The position numbers and the translations under genes are program-made. Under the pieces are notes generated by a model. That model was not told where the DNA came from, made no database searches, and was given only the letters and a program-made list of their open reading frames with translations. From assembly GCA_036389815.1 (NCBI GenBank), contig DASVWB010000086.1:7031-71030 (forward strand): a stretch of DNA of 64,000 nt. Direction: 5' to 3'. Below, in pieces: positions 51,073-59,414 of this stretch (position 1 is the stretch's first letter; the number at the start of each line of letters is the position of its first letter). Source of the DNA: Pyrinomonadaceae bacterium (lineage in GTDB: Bacteria; Acidobacteriota; Blastocatellia; Pyrinomonadales; Pyrinomonadaceae).

Positions 51073-53709
51073 TCACTCGTACCTGAGCGCGGTCAGCGGG
51101 TCGACCTTCGTCGCGCGGCGCGCGGGGACGTAGCAGGCGAGGAGCGCCACGGCCGCGAGCAGCGCCGTGATGCCGCCGTAGATGAAGGGGTCGGTCGCGC
51201 TCACCTGGTAGAGCATCCCCGACATCAGCCGCGTGAGCGCGCCCGCCGCCGCCAGCCCCACGGCCACGCCGACGAGCGTCAGCCATAAGCCGTGCCGCAC
51301 GACCATCGAGAGGATGTCGCGCGGCTGCGCGCCGAGCGCCAGGCGGATGCCTATCTCGTGCGAGCGCTGCGCGACGAGGGAACTCATCACGGAGAAGATG
51401 CCGACGGCCGAGAGCAGCATGGCGAGCACGGCGAAGACGCCAATGAGCGCCATGCTGAAGCGCTGCCTCGCCACGGAGCGCGCGAGCAGGGCGTCCATCG
51501 TGCGCACGTCGTAGAGCGGCTGATCCTTGTCCATCTCGGAGACGACCTGTCGCAGCGCGGGCGCCACGGACGCCGGGTCGACCGTCGTGCGGACGACGAG
51601 GGTCACGTCGGTAAAGGCGGCGACCGCTTCGGGGACGTAGTACTCGGGCGCGGGCGTCGTCGCAAGACTCCCGCCGCGTATGTCCCCGACCACGCCGACG
51701 ACCTCGCCCTCGATGTTGTTGACGCCCAGACTCAGGCGCTGGCCTAAGGGCTCCACGCCGGGTAGGTAGCGGCGCGCGAACGCCTCGTTGACGATGATGG
51801 CGCCGGGCGCGCCCGCCTTGTCCTGCTCCGTGAAGGCGCGCCCGGCGCGCAGCGGGATGCGCTGCGCGCGGAAGTAGTCGGGGGTGACGAAGCGCGCCGA
51901 GGCCGACTGACGCTGGCCGGGCGGGAGCGGCGGCTGCCCGGCCACGGTGAAGGAGAAGGAGTAGTTGTTGCCGCTTAAGGGGAGCGGCGTGACCGCGCCG
52001 ACCGACTCGACGCCGGGAAGCTGACGCACGCGCTCGACGAGGAGGCGGAAGAAGTCTGCGATCTTCTCGTCCGTGTCGTAGCGGACGGAGGCGAGCGAGA
52101 GCGAGGCCGTCAGGGTGTTGGACGCGTCGAACCCGGGGTCTGTGTTGCGCAGCTTGGCGAAGCTCTTTATCAGGAGCCCCGCGCCGACGAGCAGGACGAG
52201 CGAGAGCGCGACCTCCGTGACGATGAGGAGGCCGCGGACGCGCGTACGCCCGCGCCCCTCCGTGCCGCCGCGGCCGCCCTCCTTGAGCGCCTCGTTGAAG
52301 TCGAAGCGGGAGGACTGGAGCGCCGGCGCGATGCCGAAGAGGAGCCCCGTCAGGACGGAGGCCGCGAGCGTGAACCCGAGCACGCGCAAATCCATGCTCG
52401 TCTCGCCGAAGCGCGGCACGTTCTCGGGGACGAAGGCGGAGAGGAGCTTCACGCCCCACACGGCGAAGAGCAGCCCGAGCAGCCCGCCCGCGAACGCGAG
52501 CAGCACGCTCTCCGTCAGGAGCTGCCGCACGATGCGCCCGCGCCGCGCGCCGAGCGCAGAGCGCACGGCGATCTCCCTGTGGCGCCCCGCGGAGCGCGCG
52601 AGCAGGAGGTTGGCGACGTTGGCGCACGCGATCAAGAGCACGAAGCCGACCGCGCCGAGCAGCACGAGCAGCGTCGGCCGCACGTCGCCGACCAGCTCCT
52701 CCTGCGCCGGCGCGAGGCGGACGCCTACGCCAGTGTTCGAGTCCTGGTACTGCTGTTCGAGCCGCGACGAGACGACGCCCAAGTCCGCGCCCGCCTCCCC
52801 GACCGAGACGCCGGGCTTGAGTCGGCCGATGGCTTCGAGGAAGATCGCGCCGCGCTGCTGGAACGCGCTCGCCGTCGGGTCTATCGGCATCCAGAAGTCC
52901 GCCGCGCCCGTGACGAACTCGAAGCTGAAGTCCGCGGGCGTGACGCCGACGACCTCGCGCTCGCGCCCGTCGAGCCTGATGGTGCGGCCGACGACCTGCG
53001 GGTCGCCGCCGTAGCGCCGCCGCCACAGTCCGTGGCTGATGACGACCGCGGGCGAGCCGCCCGGCCTCTCGTCTTCGCGTGTGAGCAGCCGCCCCAGCAG
53101 CGGCCTCACCCTGAGCACGCGGAAGATGTCGCCCGAGGCAATGACGCCGGGAATCTGCTCCGGGGCGTCGGCGCCGCTGAGCGCCGCGGTCGCGCCCGTG
53201 TAGGCGGCCATCGACTCGAACGTCCGGCTCTGGTCGCGCAGGTCGGAGAAGTTCAGGAACGAGTGCGGCCGCGAGAAGTTGCCGCGCCGCGCGCTCGTGC
53301 CGAAGACCCTCACGAGCTGCTCGGGCTGGTCGAAGGGGAGCGGCCTGAGCAGCACCGCGTTGACGACCGAGAAGATGGCCGTGTTCGCGCCGATGCCGAG
53401 CGCCAGCGTCAGGACGGCGACCAGCGTGAAGCCGGGGCTCTTGCGGAGCTTGCGCGCGCCGTAGCGCAGGTCCTGCCAAACGTCTTGAATCATCCACACC
53501 CCCCTCGCCTCGCGGCAAAGCTCTCTCGCCTGCTCGACGCCGCCGAAGGCCCTCAGGGCGGCGCGGCGTGCTTCCCCCGGTGTCATCCCGTCGCGGAGGT
53601 TCTGCTCGGTCTGGCGCTCAAGGTGGTAGCGCAGCTCCTCCTCAAGCTCGCGATCCATCTCGCCCCTGCGCAGCAGCGCGCGCAGGCGCCCCCAAAGCCT
53701 GCCCAGCAT
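51073..53709 (-). CDS. MacB/FtsX-type duplicated permease (ADOP-like)
   Basis: I prefer the ATG at 53709 (MLGRLWGRLRALLRRGEMDRELEEELRYHLE...), which has GGGAGG upstream, over the track start at 53862. The N-terminal helix motif is conserved. There are two FtsX-like transmembrane modules, each preceded by a large periplasmic domain. It lies 17 nt downstream of a PadR gene. Confidence 0.85.
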   Translation of the reverse strand: MLGRLWGRLRALLRRGEMDRELEEELRYHLERQTEQNLRDGMTPGEARRAALRAFGGVEQARELCREARGVWMIQDVWQDLRYGARKLRKSPGFTLVAVLTLALGIGANTAIFSVVNAVLLRPLPFDQPEQLVRVFGTSARRGNFSRPHSFLNFSDLRDQSRTFESMAAYTGATAALSGADAPEQIPGVIASGDIFRVLRVRPLLGRLLTREDERPGGSPAVVISHGLWRRRYGGDPQVVGRTIRLDGREREVVGVTPADFSFEFVTGAADFWMPIDPTASAFQQRGAIFLEAIGRLKPGVSVGEAGADLGVVSSRLEQQYQDSNTGVGVRLAPAQEELVGDVRPTLLVLLGAVGFVLLIACANVANLLLARSAGRHREIAVRSALGARRGRIVRQLLTESVLLAFAGGLLGLLFAVWGVKLLSAFVPENVPRFGETSMDLRVLGFTLAASVLTGLLFGIAPALQSSRFDFNEALKEGGRGGTEGRGRTRVRGLLIVTEVALSLVLLVGAGLLIKSFAKLRNTDPGFDASNTLTASLSLASVRYDTDEKIADFFRLLVERVRQLPGVESVGAVTPLPLSGNNYSFSFTVAGQPPLPPGQRQSASARFVTPDYFRAQRIPLRAGRAFTEQDKAGAPGAIIVNEAFARRYLPGVEPLGQRLSLGVNNIEGEVVGVVGDIRGGSLATTPAPEYYVPEAVAAFTDVTLVVRTTVDPASVAPALRQVVSEMDKDQPLYDVRTMDALLARSVARQRFSMALIGVFAVLAMLLSAVGIFSVMSSLVAQRSHEIGIRLALGAQPRDILSMVVRHGLWLTLVGVAVGLAAAGALTRLMSGMLYQVSATDPFIYGGITALLAAVALLACYVPARRATKVDPLTALRYE

Positions 53710-53726
53710 CACGCCCCCCCTCCCGC

Positions 53727-54065
53727 TTACGCGTCGCGGAGGATCGCGGCGACGGCGCCGGCGAAGCGTTCCCACGTCTCGCGCTCGGCTTCGAGCTGCT
53801 TCCGCCCCGCGGGGGTCAGCCCGTAGAACTTGGCCCGCCGGTTGTTCTCCGAAGCGCCCCACACAGCCGAGATGAGCCGCCGCTCTTCGAGCCGGTGCAG
53901 CGCCGGGTAAAGCGCCCCCGGCGTGACGCTCAGCACCTCGCCGGAGACCAACTGGATGCGCTGCATGATGTCCCAGCCGTTCAAAGGCCCGGGGCGCAGC
54001 AGGCGCAGGATCAGCAGTTCGAGCGTGCCCTGCTTTAACAGGTCGGACTTCTTCTGCGGTGACAT
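53727..54065 (-). CDS. PadR-family transcriptional regulator
   Basis: 112 aa. Motifs: [37 protein letters not shown] and [16 protein letters not shown]. Confidence 0.9.
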   Translation of the reverse strand: MSPQKKSDLLKQGTLELLILRLLRPGPLNGWDIMQRIQLVSGEVLSVTPGALYPALHRLEERRLISAVWGASENNRRAKFYGLTPAGRKQLEAERETWERFAGAVAAILRDA

Positions 54066-54072
54066 GAGCCTC

Positions 54073-54133
54073 CTATCTACGGGTGATAGGAGCGGAGTGT
54101 AAAAGGATTTCTATCGGCTGTCAATAGGAGCGG
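54073..54133. promoter_or_regulatory. Direct repeat of a CTATC-N-(G)ATAGGAGCGG element in the divergent PadR intergenic region
   Basis: CTATCTACGGGTGATAGGAGCGG lies at 54073-54095 and CTATCGGCTGTCAATAGGAGCGG at 54111-54133. Each contains inverted CTAT(C)/(G)ATAG arms. These are operator candidates. Confidence 0.4.
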
Positions 54134-54219
54134 CGGGGGGCGCGGTGGCGGCCTTCACGTACACGGACGTGGGCCCGGCCAACCTCCTTGACAGTCTAGG
54201 GCTTTTCTGTCATCTTGCG

Positions 54220-54234
54220 CCTAGATTATCTAGG
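54220..54234. promoter_or_regulatory. 15-bp palindrome CCTAGATTATCTAGG overlapping the RBS of the plus-strand PadR gene
   Basis: Read directly. It has 7-bp perfect arms around one central base and ends 8 nt before the ATG at 54243, overlapping AGGAGG. Confidence 0.4.
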
Positions 54235-54242
54235 AGGCTCGG

Positions 54243-54575
54243 ATGCCGAAGCAGGACGCGAAACTTCTCCAGGGCACGCTCGACATGCTCATCCTCAAGG
54301 CGCTCTCGTTGGGCGCGCTCCACGGCTTCGGCGTCGGGCAGCGCATCATGCAGATGTCGGCCGACGCGCTGCGCGTCGAGGAGGGCTCGCTCTACCCGGC
54401 GCTCTACCGCATCGAGCAGCAGGGCTGGATCACGTCCGAATGGGGCGTGTCGGACAACAACCAGCGGGCCAAGTTCTACAGTCTGACGCGCGCCGGGCGC
54501 AGGCAGCTCCAGGTCGAGGAAGAGAACTGGGAGCGGCTGGCGGCGGCCGTCTTCAAGGTCATGCAGACGACCTGA
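54243..54575 (+). CDS. PadR-family transcriptional regulator
   Basis: 110 aa. Motifs: GTLDMLILKALSLGALHGFGV, GSLYPALYRIEQQGWI and RAKFYSLTRAGRRQLQ. Confidence 0.9.
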   Translation: MPKQDAKLLQGTLDMLILKALSLGALHGFGVGQRIMQMSADALRVEEGSLYPALYRIEQQGWITSEWGVSDNNQRAKFYSLTRAGRRQLQVEEENWERLAAAVFKVMQTT

Positions 54576-54590
54576 AAGGGGGCGCCGCGG

Positions 54591-57254
54591 ATGTACTGGC
54601 TCAGGCTCACGCGCACGCGCCTGCGCGGGCTGCTGCGCAAAAAGAGCGTCGAGCGCGAGATGGAGGAGGAGCTGCGCTTCCACCTCAGGATGCGCGCCGA
54701 GGAGAACGTCAGGCGCGGGATGACGCCGGACGAGGCCGAGCGCGCGGCGCTCAGGAGTTTCGGGCAGTGGGCGCGGGTCAAGGAGAACTGCCGCGACTTC
54801 AAAGGGGGTGGTTTGGTGGAGGTACTGCTACAGGACGTTAAGTTCGGCGCGCGAACTTTGAGGAAGAACCCCGGCTTTACGCTGGTCGCCGTCCTCACGC
54901 TCGCCCTCGGCATCGGCGCCAACACCGCCATCTTCTCGGTCGTCGAGGCGGTGCTGCTGCGCGCTCTGCCTTACCGCGACGCCGAACGGGTCGTGGTCTT
55001 GTGGGAGAACAACCGCCTGCGCGGCCGCCCACACAACGTCGTCAACCAGGGGAACTTTCTCGACTGGCGCGCGCAGGCGGCGTCCTTCGAGGGGATGGCG
55101 GCCTTCGCCGACCAGCGGTACGGACTCACGGGGGGCGGCGCGCCCGAAGAGGTCGCCGCGCAGGCGGCCACGCCGAACCTTTTCGAGGTGCTCGGCGCGT
55201 CCCCGCTCCTCGGGCGCACGCTGCTGCCGAGCGACGGGGAGGCCGGTCGCGAGGAGGTCGCCGTCATCGGCTACGACCTGTGGCGGCGCCGCTTCGGCGG
55301 CGCGCCCGACGTCGTCGGGAAGGTCGTGACCCTCGACGGCAGGGGCGTGACGGTCGTCGGCGTCATGCCGCCCGACTTCAAATGGTTCGTCAAGGAGAAC
55401 TCGCTCAGCGGCAAGCCCGCGGAGGTCTGGGTGCCCCTGTCGCTCGCGGAGCAGCAGGGCGCGGCGCGGCGCGGGCGCTACCTGTCGGCGGTCGCGCGCC
55501 TCAAGCCCGGCGTCTCGGTCGAGCAGGCGCAGGTCGAGATGAACACGGTCGCGTCGCGCATCGAGGCCGAATACCCCGACTGGGCAAAGAACTGGGGCGT
55601 CGTCGTCGTGCCGTTGCGCGACCAGCTCGCGGGCGAGATTCGGCCTGCGCTCCTCGTCATCCTGGGGGCGGTCGGGTTCGTGCTCCTCATCGCGTGCGTG
55701 AACGTCGCCAACCTGCTGATGGCGCGCTCCGCCGGCAGGCGCAAGGAGATGGCGCTCCGCGCCGCGCTCGGCGCGGGACGCATGCGCATCGTCCGCCAAC
55801 TGCTGACCGAGAGTCTGCTGCTCGCCGTCGTCGGCGGCGCGCTCGGCCTGCTGCTGTCCCACTGGCTCACGGGGGCGCTCGTGGCGCTCAGCCCGCCGAA
55901 CCTGATCGGCGCGGGCGAGGCCGGCGTCAACCCGACGGTGCTCCTGTTCACGCTCGCCGTCTCGCTTTTGACGGGAGTGGCGTTCGGCGTGGCGCCGGCC
56001 GTCGAGACTTCGCGTCTGAGCCTGGGCGAGTCGCTTAAGGAGTCGAGCCGCGGCAACGTCGGCGGCGGGCGCGCCGGTCGCGTGCGGGGCGCGCTCGTCG
56101 TGGCCGAGATAGGGCTCGCGCTCGTGCTGCTGGTCGGCGCGGGGCTGATGGTCAGGAGCTTCCTGCGGCTGCAAGCCGTCAACCCGGGCTTCGACGCGAG
56201 CAACCTGCTCACTTTGCGCGTGATGCTGCCGCAGACGAAATACCCGGAGGCCGCGAGGCAGATAGAGTTCTTCCGGCAGGCGACCGCGCGCATCGGCGCG
56301 CTGCCCGGCGTGCACACGGCCAGCGCCGTCAGCGCCCTCCCCTTCGCGGACCTCGGCTCCGCCACCAGCTTCACGGTAGAGGGCCGCCCCCCGCTGCCCG
56401 CGGGCGACAAGCTGACCACGGACGTGCGCGTGGTGGACGAGAACTATTTCCGCGCCATGAACATCCCCGTCGTCGCCGGCCGCACGTTCACGGAGCGTGA
56501 GGCGGTCGAAGACCGGAAGGTGGCCGTGGTCAACGAGACGATGGCGCGCAGACACTTCCCCGGCGAAGACCCCCTCGGCAAGCGCATCCTCGTCAACATG
56601 TCCGGCGAGCCGACCCCGACCGAGATCGTCGGCGTCGTCGGCGACGCCAGATACGACAAGCTCGAAGGCGAGCTGAGGCCGATGGTCTACTGGACGCCGC
56701 CGCGGCTCACGTACCCCTCGATGACGCTCGTCGTGCGCACGGCCGGCGACCCGGGGGCGCTGGGCCCGGCCGCCGTCCGCGAGATACAGGCGGTGGACAG
56801 AGACCAGCCCGTGTCGGACGTGAGGACGATGGATAGTTGGCTGGCGGATTCGACGGCGCGGACGAGGTTCGGGACGCTGCTGCTCGGCGCCTTCGCGTGC
56901 GCGGCGCTCCTGCTGGCGGCCGTGGGCATCTACGGGGTCATCTCCTACTCGGTGGCGCAGCGCAGGAACGAGATCGGCCTCCGCATGGCGCTGGGGGCGC
57001 AGGCGCGCGACGTTCTGAAGCTCGTGGTCGGTCAGGGGATGAGGTTGGTGCTGGCCGGGGTCGGGCTCGGGCTTGTGGGCGCGTTCGCGCTGACGCGCCT
57101 GATGTCGGGCCTGCTCTACGGCGTGGGCGCCGCAGACCCGCCCACGTTCGCCGCCAACGCGCTGCTGCTCACGGCAGTGTCATTAGCGGCCTGTTACATC
57201 CCGGCTCGACGCGCCACGCGCGTAGACCCTTTGACTGCCCTGAGGTCAGAATAG
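54591..57254 (+). CDS. MacB/FtsX-type duplicated permease (ADOP-like)
   Basis: 887 aa. The N-terminus is [38 protein letters not shown]. It has two FtsX-type modules and ends ...[14 protein letters not shown], like its paralog at 51073. Confidence 0.9.
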   Translation: MYWLRLTRTRLRGLLRKKSVEREMEEELRFHLRMRAEENVRRGMTPDEAERAALRSFGQWARVKENCRDFKGGGLVEVLLQDVKFGARTLRKNPGFTLVAVLTLALGIGANTAIFSVVEAVLLRALPYRDAERVVVLWENNRLRGRPHNVVNQGNFLDWRAQAASFEGMAAFADQRYGLTGGGAPEEVAAQAATPNLFEVLGASPLLGRTLLPSDGEAGREEVAVIGYDLWRRRFGGAPDVVGKVVTLDGRGVTVVGVMPPDFKWFVKENSLSGKPAEVWVPLSLAEQQGAARRGRYLSAVARLKPGVSVEQAQVEMNTVASRIEAEYPDWAKNWGVVVVPLRDQLAGEIRPALLVILGAVGFVLLIACVNVANLLMARSAGRRKEMALRAALGAGRMRIVRQLLTESLLLAVVGGALGLLLSHWLTGALVALSPPNLIGAGEAGVNPTVLLFTLAVSLLTGVAFGVAPAVETSRLSLGESLKESSRGNVGGGRAGRVRGALVVAEIGLALVLLVGAGLMVRSFLRLQAVNPGFDASNLLTLRVMLPQTKYPEAARQIEFFRQATARIGALPGVHTASAVSALPFADLGSATSFTVEGRPPLPAGDKLTTDVRVVDENYFRAMNIPVVAGRTFTEREAVEDRKVAVVNETMARRHFPGEDPLGKRILVNMSGEPTPTEIVGVVGDARYDKLEGELRPMVYWTPPRLTYPSMTLVVRTAGDPGALGPAAVREIQAVDRDQPVSDVRTMDSWLADSTARTRFGTLLLGAFACAALLLAAVGIYGVISYSVAQRRNEIGLRMALGAQARDVLKLVVGQGMRLVLAGVGLGLVGAFALTRLMSGLLYGVGAADPPTFAANALLLTAVSLAACYIPARRATRVDPLTALRSE

Positions 57255-57357
57255 AGTCCGGCCCGCGCGAACCCCTGTCACATCGCGGTAGTCCGATAAT
57301 AGGGATTATGTTGCGGAATTGAGCAGGGGGGCTACATCCGGGCGGCGAGATAAATGA

Positions 57358-57399
57358 GAGCGCAGGAGGGGGACGCTGCCTGTTCCTCCCCCTGCGCTC
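57358..57399 (-). terminator. 16-bp hairpin between convergent genes; candidate terminator for the NusG-like gene
   Basis: The sequence is GAGCGCAGGAGGGGGA-CGCTGCCTGT-TCCTCCCCCTGCGCTC, with one mismatch and one G-U pair. On the minus strand it is followed by ATTTATCT. It starts 7 nt after the stop at 57406. Confidence 0.4.
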
Positions 57400-57405
57400 G
57401 GGTGC

Positions 57406-57936
57406 TTATGGCAACTGTTTCTTGAGCCAATCTTTGGCGACCGTGACGTGAATCTGGGAGCTGATCGCGAGCAGAAGTATCCTGACGCGCTCGGCTTCTT
57501 TAACGTTCCCGTCTAAAACCCCGACGAAGTTTTTGAAGGGGCCTTCCTGAATAATCACCCTGTCGCCGGGCTTGAACTCCTCGTCCAGCTTAACGGTGCC
57601 GTCGTCGCCGACGCGCGTCTGCAAGAGGTTAATTATCTCGTCTTCGACCGGCGTCGGTGCGCCGCCGAAGCTGACCACGCTCTGCACGCCGCGCGTGAAG
57701 ACGATCTTGTGTAAGAGGGCATCCGGGTCGAAACGCGCGAAAAGATAGCCGGGGAACAGAGGTTTAATTATGGGCGTCGAACGATCCCCCGAAAAATTGC
57801 GGCGCCGGTCTTTTATCTTGGGGAAGAAGGTCTCCACGCGCCAGGCCCTGAGGTTGTATTCGGCGCGGGACTCCTGTTTCGGCTTCGTATAGAGGGCGTA
57901 CCAACCTTTGGCACTCCTCTCAGTTCCGACATTCAT
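57406..57936 (-). CDS. NusG-family paralog (RfaH/UpxY/LoaP-like specialised antiterminator)
   Basis: 176 aa. The NGN domain has WYALYTKPKQESRAEYNL and PLFPGYLFARF. The KOW motif is GDRVIIQEGPFKNFVGVL. No ribosomal or secE context is present, so it is not the housekeeping nusG. Confidence 0.8.
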   Translation of the reverse strand: MNVGTERSAKGWYALYTKPKQESRAEYNLRAWRVETFFPKIKDRRRNFSGDRSTPIIKPLFPGYLFARFDPDALLHKIVFTRGVQSVVSFGGAPTPVEDEIINLLQTRVGDDGTVKLDEEFKPGDRVIIQEGPFKNFVGVLDGNVKEAERVRILLLAISSQIHVTVAKDWLKKQLP

Positions 57937-58126
57937 CGGCCACTCTCCTGATTCGGCTGGGCGTTATGTCCAGGTATGTGTGTGAGACGGGGACAAGTCT
58001 TCAGGCGTGCCGCTTCCCTTACAGGCCACAGGGGCCTGCACCAAAGCCGTGCCAGATTAACGCTTTGATTGCGCGAAGAGGGGGGAAGAAAGGACATAGC
58101 GCAAGGGAACGGCGTAGTGAGAAACC

Positions 58127-58158
58127 AATTACAAACTATTGTGAAATAGTTTGTAATT
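58127..58158. promoter_or_regulatory. Perfect 13-bp inverted repeat AATTACAAACTAT-TGTGAA-ATAGTTTGTAATT
   Basis: Read directly. It is extremely A+T-rich for this genome and lies about 190-220 nt upstream of the NusG-paralog start. Confidence 0.5.
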
Positions 58159-58527
58159 GAACAATCCGCTGCCTATGCGCTAAGATTCACGTTGCCTGGC
58201 GATGCATCTCTGCGCGAGCAGCAGGTGTGTTGTCGGAGGGTTCCTTCGCCGCCGGCCAGCGGTGGAGGAACCTTTATCGTTTAGGCCATAAACCTTTCCG
58301 GAGAAAGGGGAATCAAGTGTTAATTCAGGGAGACGGCGTAAGATTAGGTTGAGGTTTCCGAGACTTGCAGTGGAACGGCAGCTAGGGTCATTTCAAATGT
58401 ATCTGCAAATGAGGGGAAACCTTTTAGGGCTCGGGCAATTCAAATCGGAGCCCCCCTATTCTATAAATTAAAGTGAAACTGTCAACCCCTATATGAAAAG
58501 TTTTTTGCATATAAATATATCACAGAC

Positions 58528-58559
58528 AAAAAAGTGCCCGAGTTGTTTAACTCGGGCAC
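58528..58559 (-). terminator. Rho-independent terminator after the thioesterase gene
   Basis: On the minus strand: GTGCCCGAG-TTAAACAA-CTCGGGCAC followed by TTTTTT. A second small hairpin (GCGCTCAA-N7-TTGAGCGC) sits immediately after the stop at 58605. Confidence 0.7.
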
Positions 58560-58604
58560 TTTCGGGGTCGTGGCGAAGCGCTCAAAAAGGTCTTGAGCGC
58601 TTCA

Positions 58605-59366
58605 TTAGGAGATGAACGGCGAAATGTCTTCGGCGATTGAGCGGAGCAAAGGCTGCCGCCCTTCGTCCAGAAAAAAGTGGTTGCCGGGCATCATCCTCAA
58701 CTTGAAACGTCCGGTCGTCTGCTCCTTCCAGCCCTCCAGTTCTTCACGCCCGACCTCTTCGTCCTGCAAACCGCCGAAAGCCGAGACGGGGCAGTCAAGG
58801 GGCGGGCCGGGGGCGTAGGCGTACGTCTCGGCGAGCGAGAAGTCTGCGCGCAGCAGCGGGCTCAACAACTGCATCAACTCGGGGTGCTCAAGGACTTCGG
58901 GCGGGGTGCCCTGGAGCCTGCGCAGCTCCTCGACGAACTCGGGCTCGGGCAGGTCGTGAATCACGCGCTGGGTACTCGGTAGCTGCGGCGCGCGTCGCCC
59001 CGAGACGAAAAGGTGCACGGGCTGAGGGGCTCCGCGCTCGCGCAGGTGCCGCGCCAGCTCGAAGCAGATGAGTGCCCCCATGCTGTGGCCGAAGAACGCG
59101 AAGGGCCTGTCCAGATCGTTTTCGAGCGCGTCGGCGAGCGCCCGCACCAGCGCGCCGAGGTCAGAGACGGCCGGCTCCCTCATGCGCGTCCCGCGCCCCG
59201 GCAGTTGCGCCGCGCAGACCTCGACGGGCTTCGGGAGAATACCGCCCCAACTCCTGTAAATCGCCGCCCCGCCGCCCGCGTACGGAAAGCAGAACAGGCG
59301 GACGGCGGGCGGCGCTCCCGTCTTCTGGCAGTTGAACCAAGTGGCGAAAGAAGGCTTCATAGTCAT
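58605..59366 (-). CDS. Type II thioesterase (alpha/beta hydrolase)
   Basis: 253 aa. Motifs: RLFCFPYAGGGAAIYRSW and GHSMGALICFELA, plus a C-terminal GNHFFL. These are typical of editing thioesterases in NRPS/PKS systems. Confidence 0.85.
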   Translation of the reverse strand: MTMKPSFATWFNCQKTGAPPAVRLFCFPYAGGGAAIYRSWGGILPKPVEVCAAQLPGRGTRMREPAVSDLGALVRALADALENDLDRPFAFFGHSMGALICFELARHLRERGAPQPVHLFVSGRRAPQLPSTQRVIHDLPEPEFVEELRRLQGTPPEVLEHPELMQLLSPLLRADFSLAETYAYAPGPPLDCPVSAFGGLQDEEVGREELEGWKEQTTGRFKLRMMPGNHFFLDEGRQPLLRSIAEDISPFIS

Positions 59367-59414
59367 GCCCGGCGCTTCGGGCGCGTGGCGCCGCGCCCGA
59401 AGCGGGAGGTCGAT

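Noticed and set aside
50714-53518. 934-aa minus-strand ORF (also 52579..53826(+) and 54828..56555(-))
   Set aside because: They are Arg/Ala/Gly/Pro-rich alternative-frame or antisense ORFs over the ADOP permease genes. The permease frames show the expected transmembrane segments and conserved termini.
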